NCBI GenBank assembly: GCA_002269645.1
Contig: NIVC01003008.1
Location: forward strand, 1-64,000
Length of the DNA stretch: 64,000 bases
Direction of reading: 5' to 3'
Origin: Macrostomum lignano
Lineage: Eukaryota
Made by a program: the position numbers and the translations under genes
Part shown: positions 57,151-64,000 of the stretch, piece after piece
Numbering within the stretch: position 1 is the stretch's first letter
Layout of the letters: every line of letters starts with the position of its first letter
Notes under the pieces: generated by a model
Seen by the model: the letters and a program-made list of their open reading frames with translations, nothing else
Database searches by the model: none
What the model was told of the DNA's origin: nothing

Positions 57151-58884
57151 CTAATCTTAATCTTTATCATTATCTCCAGTCTCTTATCGTAGACTCAAGT
57201 CTCCCTTTTTCCTGTCTACCTACCTCAATCTTAATTTATATAAATCCTTGATCAGAGACTCAGCTTCATCTGTAGCAATCTCTCAGCTTGCCAAATGTAC
57301 ACCTATTTAACAAAGGATTCACACAGACAGTCATCTTCACCTTCACCAAAACGCCCTACCACCTCTGAGCCAGCTGTTAAAATAATTAAAAGCAAACAGA
57401 AAGAGAGACACTGATAGATGACAGGCACTGCGAGATTTCCTGACGTAAATCTTCCATTGAGAATTGAATAGAAAACTGTTTGATTTAATGTCAAACATTT
57501 CCTGTGCGATAGGGTTCCCAGACCTAGTCGAGGCATGAGTCAAGGGGACGGATGGTCGTTTTGAATCGTAACATTTACATGATAATAAAACTGCAAACTC
57601 TATCTGCACTGGGTGCTAACTCAGATTTATTGCACCACAGCATTAGAAAAGCTGCTCATTTTTTAGGGATCATGGGGTATTGCTCAAATTTCGAGGCTTA
57701 TGTTGGTCACAGGGTATGTATTGGTCAGATGACATGGTTCATGAGGTCACAGGGTATTTATTGCTCAGATGATATGTCTCATAAAATCACAGGGTATGTA
57801 TTGGTCAGATGATATGTCTCACAAGGTCACAGGGTATTTATGGCTCAGATGACAAGGCCGATGAGGTCACATGGCATTATTTTGTCAGCTGCCAACGATC
57901 ATATAGTCACAAAGCATTTCAACTCCAAATTCAACTGTATATAGATGTCCATGCAAAGCAGGCACTGGCAACTTGGCCTGGTAGTCTTACGTAACACCTT
58001 ACTGTTTCTACCAGACAGCAGCAGGCTCCCATACCATCTCTCTCTTGCGTGATGCGGCCTCACTGCATGCATAGCCGCGCGCATTTCAATAAAAGAGTTT
58101 AAAAATCTACGAAAATCGTGTCTCAACTGACTGAAAAAAGGAGCTAAATTCTGCTTGTACCAGCCACTACAGTCCATACACACACTCAAACACTCACTTT
58201 CTCTGGCTTGGCAATTTCTTTTTCACTTTCTTTTTGACTGACGCACGCAATAAAGGCTTCCCCTCCACTCTGTCTTCTTCTTTGGAGCAGAATAGAGAAA
58301 ATGCAGAGACAGAGTATTGAGAAGTTGGCGTGTTGTGACACTGTGACCCTGGATATAGCCAGGGGGACTCAAACTTCAAAGCTACTCCGCATTTAATAAT
58401 AACAGGAGCAGAAGGACAGCCACCAGACCAGAGGCTCGATCAGCAGTCACGACGGGGGGGGAGTTGGTGTTCGGACAATGTCTGTCTTCTAGAAGAAGAG
58501 CCTGTTAAGAACTTTCGGTTTTGTCTAGATGCCACTCGTCCAAGCTCTCAAAGAGATCCAAGTTAACAAATAAAAAAACTGCGCTACGATACAGAAACAA
58601 TAGCAAAGCAGCTGTATCATTTTTGTTAATCTGCGTATTTTACGTGACGTATTTAAAAAAAACGAACGTATAGCTTGATTATGTAATACGTGTAAGAAGT
58701 AAGCACTTCACTATAAGTTTTTATTACCATCAGCATTAATTAATTACATATATATTTGAAATAAAGTGATTTTTTTCTTTAATTAGTTGTTACTTTACAT
58801 TAGGCATTCGAAACTAATTGCATACTCAGAGACAAGGGAGAGACAGAGTGAGACTAACAGGTGATACAGAAGAGACAGACAATA

Positions 58885-59540
58885 AACAGACAAGAGGCAG
58901 GCAAGAGACAGGCAAGAGACAGGCAAGAGTCAGGCAAGAGACAGCCAAGAGACAGCCAAGAGACAGACAAGAGACAGGCAAGAGACAGCCAAGAGACAGA
59001 CAAGAGACAGGCAAGAGACAGACAAGAGACAGACAAGAGACAGACAAGAGACAGGCAAGAGACAGACAAGAGACAGGCAAGAGACAGGCAAGAGACAGGC
59101 AAGAGACAGACAAGAGACAGGCAAGAGACAGACAAGAGACAGACAAGAGACAGGCAAGAGACAGGCAAGAGACAGACAAGAGACAGGCAAGAGACAGACA
59201 AGAGACAGGCAAGAGACAGGCAAGAGACAGGCAAGAGACAGGCAAGAGACAGACAAGAGACAGGCAAGAGACAGACAAGAGACAGACAAGAGACAGGCAA
59301 GAGACAGGCAAGAGACAGACAAGAGACAGGCAAGAGACAGGCAAGAGACAGGCAAGAGACAGACAAGAGACAGACAAGAGACAGACAAGAGACAGACAAG
59401 ATACAGGCAAGAGATAGGCAAGAGACAGACAAAAGACAGGCAAGAGACAGCCAAGAGACAGGCAAGAGACAGGCAAGAGACAGCCAAGAGACAGACAAGA
59501 GACAGGCAAGAGACAGGCAAGAGACAGGCAAGAGACAGGG
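58885..59540. repeat. 11-bp minisatellite (GAGACAGRCAA)
   Basis: Direct reading. Confidence 0.96.
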
Positions 59541-59682
59541 AAGATTTCATGGAAGTAGAAAAACAGACCTGAAACCCATATGAGAGCTCTCTGTATCAGA
59601 TATTCGTTTCTCTGCATGGCCAATCCAGACCCTCTCTGCCCCTAGCAACCGAGCCCTGCAATCATTTCGAATCGCAACTCAC

Positions 59683-60033
59683 CAACTACGTACAGCCGGA
59701 TCCCGGCTCTGGCCACATCCAAGTCATCCATGCCCTCGCATTCAAAGTAGCCGTCCTGTCGCCTAACAACGCCTGAAATTTGCAGCGATCCGTTGGCGCC
59801 GCCCCCGACGTTGGTCCAATTGGCGAAGCCTTCGCCCAAGTTGCACCGGCCCAGAGCGTGATAGCACTGAGCTAGGGTGGCCCGATCGCTGGCGCCTGGG
59901 AAGCTGGAATAGTACCACAGCACGTACAGCGGGCTGCGAGAGAACTCGCAGCGAAGCTGATGGCTGGATAGCTCGGCTGCGTACACTGTCGGCTGATCGA
60001 CTGTCACCAATATGCGGCTGTCGCTTGCCGATG
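59683..60033 (-). CDS. Gene 1 exon 2: N-terminal V-like Ig1
   Basis: Acceptor cccattgcag|CATCG and donor GTTG|gtgagt; 351 nt, phase 1-1; HQLRCEF...YVLW...QCYHALGRC...NGSLQI...QDGYFECEG. Confidence 0.9.
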
Positions 60034-60102
60034 CTGCAATGGGGGTTGAGGGATCGGGCTGGACGATTGACTGGATGGATGAGAAAGAAATAGTAGGACT
60101 AA

Positions 60103-60610
<508 letters not shown>

Positions 60611-61199
60611 ACAAGCAAGCTGTCAAGGATGCCACGATGAAGCATCCCAACAGTAATTAACGGAACTGCCAGCTTCTTCTATTACATAACCGCGGCGGTT
60701 CCCTCCCCCAGTTAGTTGCTGACTCGGTATTGCATGTCCAACAGTGCAGGAACTGGCCGGCGGTCAGAGGCATGCGTGCATATAATGTTATATCGGAGAA
60801 AGACTCCACAGAAGACGATGCACGAGGTCAGCCATCCCGGTGGCTGGGGTTTGGGGTGGGGAGTGGAATGCGATTAATCGGCCCCGTAGGACGAGTTCTG
60901 GGTGAAATCGGGCGGCAAAATTCCCATGATGATGAAGAGAGACTGGGCGGTGGACGACTGGGACTTTCTGTCTTGAGGCTTGGATAGCAATTGTCGATTT
61001 GGGAGGGGGGGGGGTTCCGAGACTTCAGCGAGCTCATTAGCTGAAGGATGAAGGCCTGCGCACCAGGGGCGGTCACAGCATTGATTTAGGTTAATCCCAG
61101 TGATTCGAGAATCAATTTAATGCAGCTTCAAGTGGCTCAGACAAGAAGACAAAAGATTTTTTTTCTTTTTTAAAATTTCTTTTGAAATCTTCCTCTGAT

Positions 61200-61495
61200 G
61201 TACCGTCCCCGCTACCCCTCCTCCTTCCCCGTGTCCCTCAAGGTCGCTTTCGCTACCCCCCCTTCCCCATGTCCTTTAAGGTCACACCGCTACCCCTCCT
61301 CCTTCCCCGTGTCCCTCAAGGTCGCCTTCGCTACCCCCCTCCTTCCCCATGTCCTTTAAGGTCACCCCGCTACCTCTCCTCCTTCCCCGTGTCCCTCAAG
61401 GTCGCCCTCGCTACCTCATCCTCTTTCCTCGTGTCCTTCAAGGTCACCCCGCTACCCATCCTCCTTCTCCGTGTCCTTCAAGGTCGCCATCGCTA
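61200..61495. repeat. ~38-bp degenerate C-rich tandem repeat
   Basis: CAAGGTCGCC(C/T)TCGCTACC...CCTTCCCC(G/A)TGTCC, about 8 copies. Confidence 0.85.
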
Positions 61496-62328
61496 TCTAG
61501 CCACCGCTTCTTCATATATATATTAGCAAAACTGCACTCTTTGTTTTACGTCTTTGTTATTCAGCTTGCCGAACCAATCTATCTCTTTCAAATACATTCC
61601 ATCTTTTCTATATCAAGGACAAAAAACTGTCACAAATTGTCCCAAATCATGGATGCGCTAAACCCTACCAGCCCGAGAAATTCAGTTAATCCGCTGCTAA
61701 AATATATTGGTGAGTTTCGTTGAATCCGCGGTACAAAATCTAGGTCAAAGATTCTGAGTAAAACTTTGAAAAAAACTTGTTATTCGAAAATGCATTTCAT
61801 ATTTCCAAGTTAGCAGCAGCGCATGACTTGGCAAAACTAACCTTAGTAATTTAAAAAAACGCGAAATCATTCTTGTTAGTTAGCTGGAAAAATTGGGAAG
61901 AAAATCAAAACCGCAAAGTCAGCCAGTCGCCTCAGTTCCGGACTGAAACTTTCTTTCGATGCATTTTTTGCGACTTCTACTTTTCAGTGTGGTCTGCGTT
62001 GGCCCTCTAAGCTTTTCTAAAAAAGAAACCAGGGCCAAAATCTAAAAGAATCTTGTAGAAAATGAATAGCAGATTAACAAATCTTGAATTAAAATATGAC
62101 TACAGAACCATTTTTAAGTCGACAATGGTAAATTGTAAAAAAATGATCAGGAAAAGATCCGGCATGACCTCGGAGTCAGTTTAATTTTTTTTGCAATTCT
62201 TGCGCGAGATCCATCCAGAATTTCCCCGGCAAGGAAATTAAAACTGGATAGGGGTACTAAAGAAGCATGCAGAGAAAGACGCTTCGGTTTACAACCTTTT
62301 AATTTCCATGCTGTGAGATACATACTCG

Positions 62329-63085
<757 letters not shown>

Positions 63086-63095
63086 AATCTCTCAC

Positions 63096-63144
63096 CTCCA
63101 ATGTGAAACTCCAGTATCCAGATGAGGCAGAACAGCAGAAGCAT
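63096..63144 (-). CDS. Gene 1 exon 1: signal peptide MLLLFCLIWILEFHIG
   Basis: ATG in context GCAACAATG with an in-frame upstream TGA; donor GGAG|gtgaga in phase 1, joining exon 2 to give ...FHIG-ASAS-D. Confidence 0.78.
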
Positions 63145-63444
63145 TGTTGCCAGTTCTGGTGCAAAAGTCCGCTGTCAACAGCTGCTTAGATCAGTAGACT
63201 TCCAGCTCTCTCACAGATTCTTCGTAGTTCGCAGGTAATCCGCTCGTTGGTGAAACTTTTTCATGTCTTTTTCAACTAAGTAAACATCGCTGGATGAACC
63301 TGTTTTTTTGTTATTTTAAGAAAGATTTATATTTAAAAAACGAGTTTCTCCACTGATTTACTATATTTTCCGCAGTTCGCTGCACCATGGCATTTGAGTG
63401 CAGGTTTGCAATGGTGAGCTATATAGCTTAGAGGCCAGCTATGC

Positions 63445-63495
63445 ATTGGCGCACGGCTGCCATTGGCTGAACCGAAGTGCAGACGGACAGCCAAT
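63445..63495 (-). promoter_or_regulatory. Cluster of three CCAAT boxes ~300 bp upstream of the gene 1 ATG
   Basis: ATTGG at 63445-63449 and 63462-63466; CCAAT at 63491-63495. Confidence 0.4.
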
Positions 63496-63675
63496 CCGCT
63501 AAAGCAGGTCGCACGCCCTTGCTTAGTCACTACGGAGGACTGTCGCTGTTTTATTCTTACTTTACTGTTAAAATCTTCGTTTTGAGTGAATTTTAGATTG
63601 AGAAACCGTCTTCTCATTTGTTGAGAATCTGCACCCTCTAGAATTCCACTCTCAAGAGTCTTGAAGACTGTCATT

Positions 63676-64000
63676 CATGAGAATTCCACACCCTTGAGAA
63701 GCTCACCCTTGGGAATCTCACCATTGAGAATTTTACCTTTGAGAATCTCACCTTTGAGAATCTCACCTTTGAGAATCTCACCCTTGGAAATCTCACCCTT
63801 GAGAATCTCACCTTTGAGAATTTTACATTTGAGAATTCAAACATTGAGAATCTTACCTTTGAGAATCTCACCCTTGGAAATCTCACCCTTGAGAATCTCA
63901 CCGTTGAGAATCTTACCTTTGAGAATCTCACCTTTGAGAATTTTATTTGAGAATTCAAACATTGAGAATCTTAGCTTTGAGAATCTTACCTTTGAGAATT
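63676..64000. repeat. 15-bp minisatellite (GAGAATCTCACCTTT); runs off the right edge
   Basis: Direct reading. Confidence 0.95.

Noticed and set aside
58360-58375. hAT-type TIR CAGGGGGACTCAAACT
   Set aside because: No partner TIR or 8-bp TSD was found.
60611-60660. Hydrophobic stretch LLGCFIVASLTACL as the gene 1 signal peptide
   Set aside because: In-frame TAA immediately upstream and no ATG or donor; 63144-63096 fits better.

Overview
Eukaryotic (animal) genomic DNA that is very rich in simple and tandem repeats. There is no sign of prokaryotic operons, CRISPR or rRNA. GC-rich exons set in microsatellite- and minisatellite-filled introns are reminiscent of a flatworm such as Macrostomum, but that is only an inference. 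Nearly all long ORFs in the track are translated repeats. The real coding content is on the minus strand. (1) A complete 12-exon gene (63144->25981, 3456 nt CDS, 1151 aa) that I assembled by hand from GT-AG sites with consistent phases. It encodes a signal peptide, 7 Ig domains, 2 FN3 domains (the second degenerate), one TM helix and a cytoplasmic tail ending RRVVYEVVV*, which is an Echinoid/Fred/IGCM-1-like adhesion receptor with a PDZ-binding C-terminus. (2) Directly downstream lie the first two coding exons of a diverged paralog: a signal exon (17881-17797) and a 351-nt Ig1 exon (13843-13493) of the same length and phase as gene 1 exon 2. Its remaining exons were not found and probably lie beyond the left edge, past a near-perfect 118-bp satellite (75 copies, 1-8865). 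Also present are a tRNA-headed SINE with a 13-bp TSD, a probable microsatellite-carrying Helitron-type element, a ~3-kb foldback made of inverted minisatellites, and several pairs of reverse-complementary repeat arrays bracketing specific exons. The clearest pair is an exact 20-mer array pair around exons 5-6, a candidate driver of circRNA formation or exon skipping.
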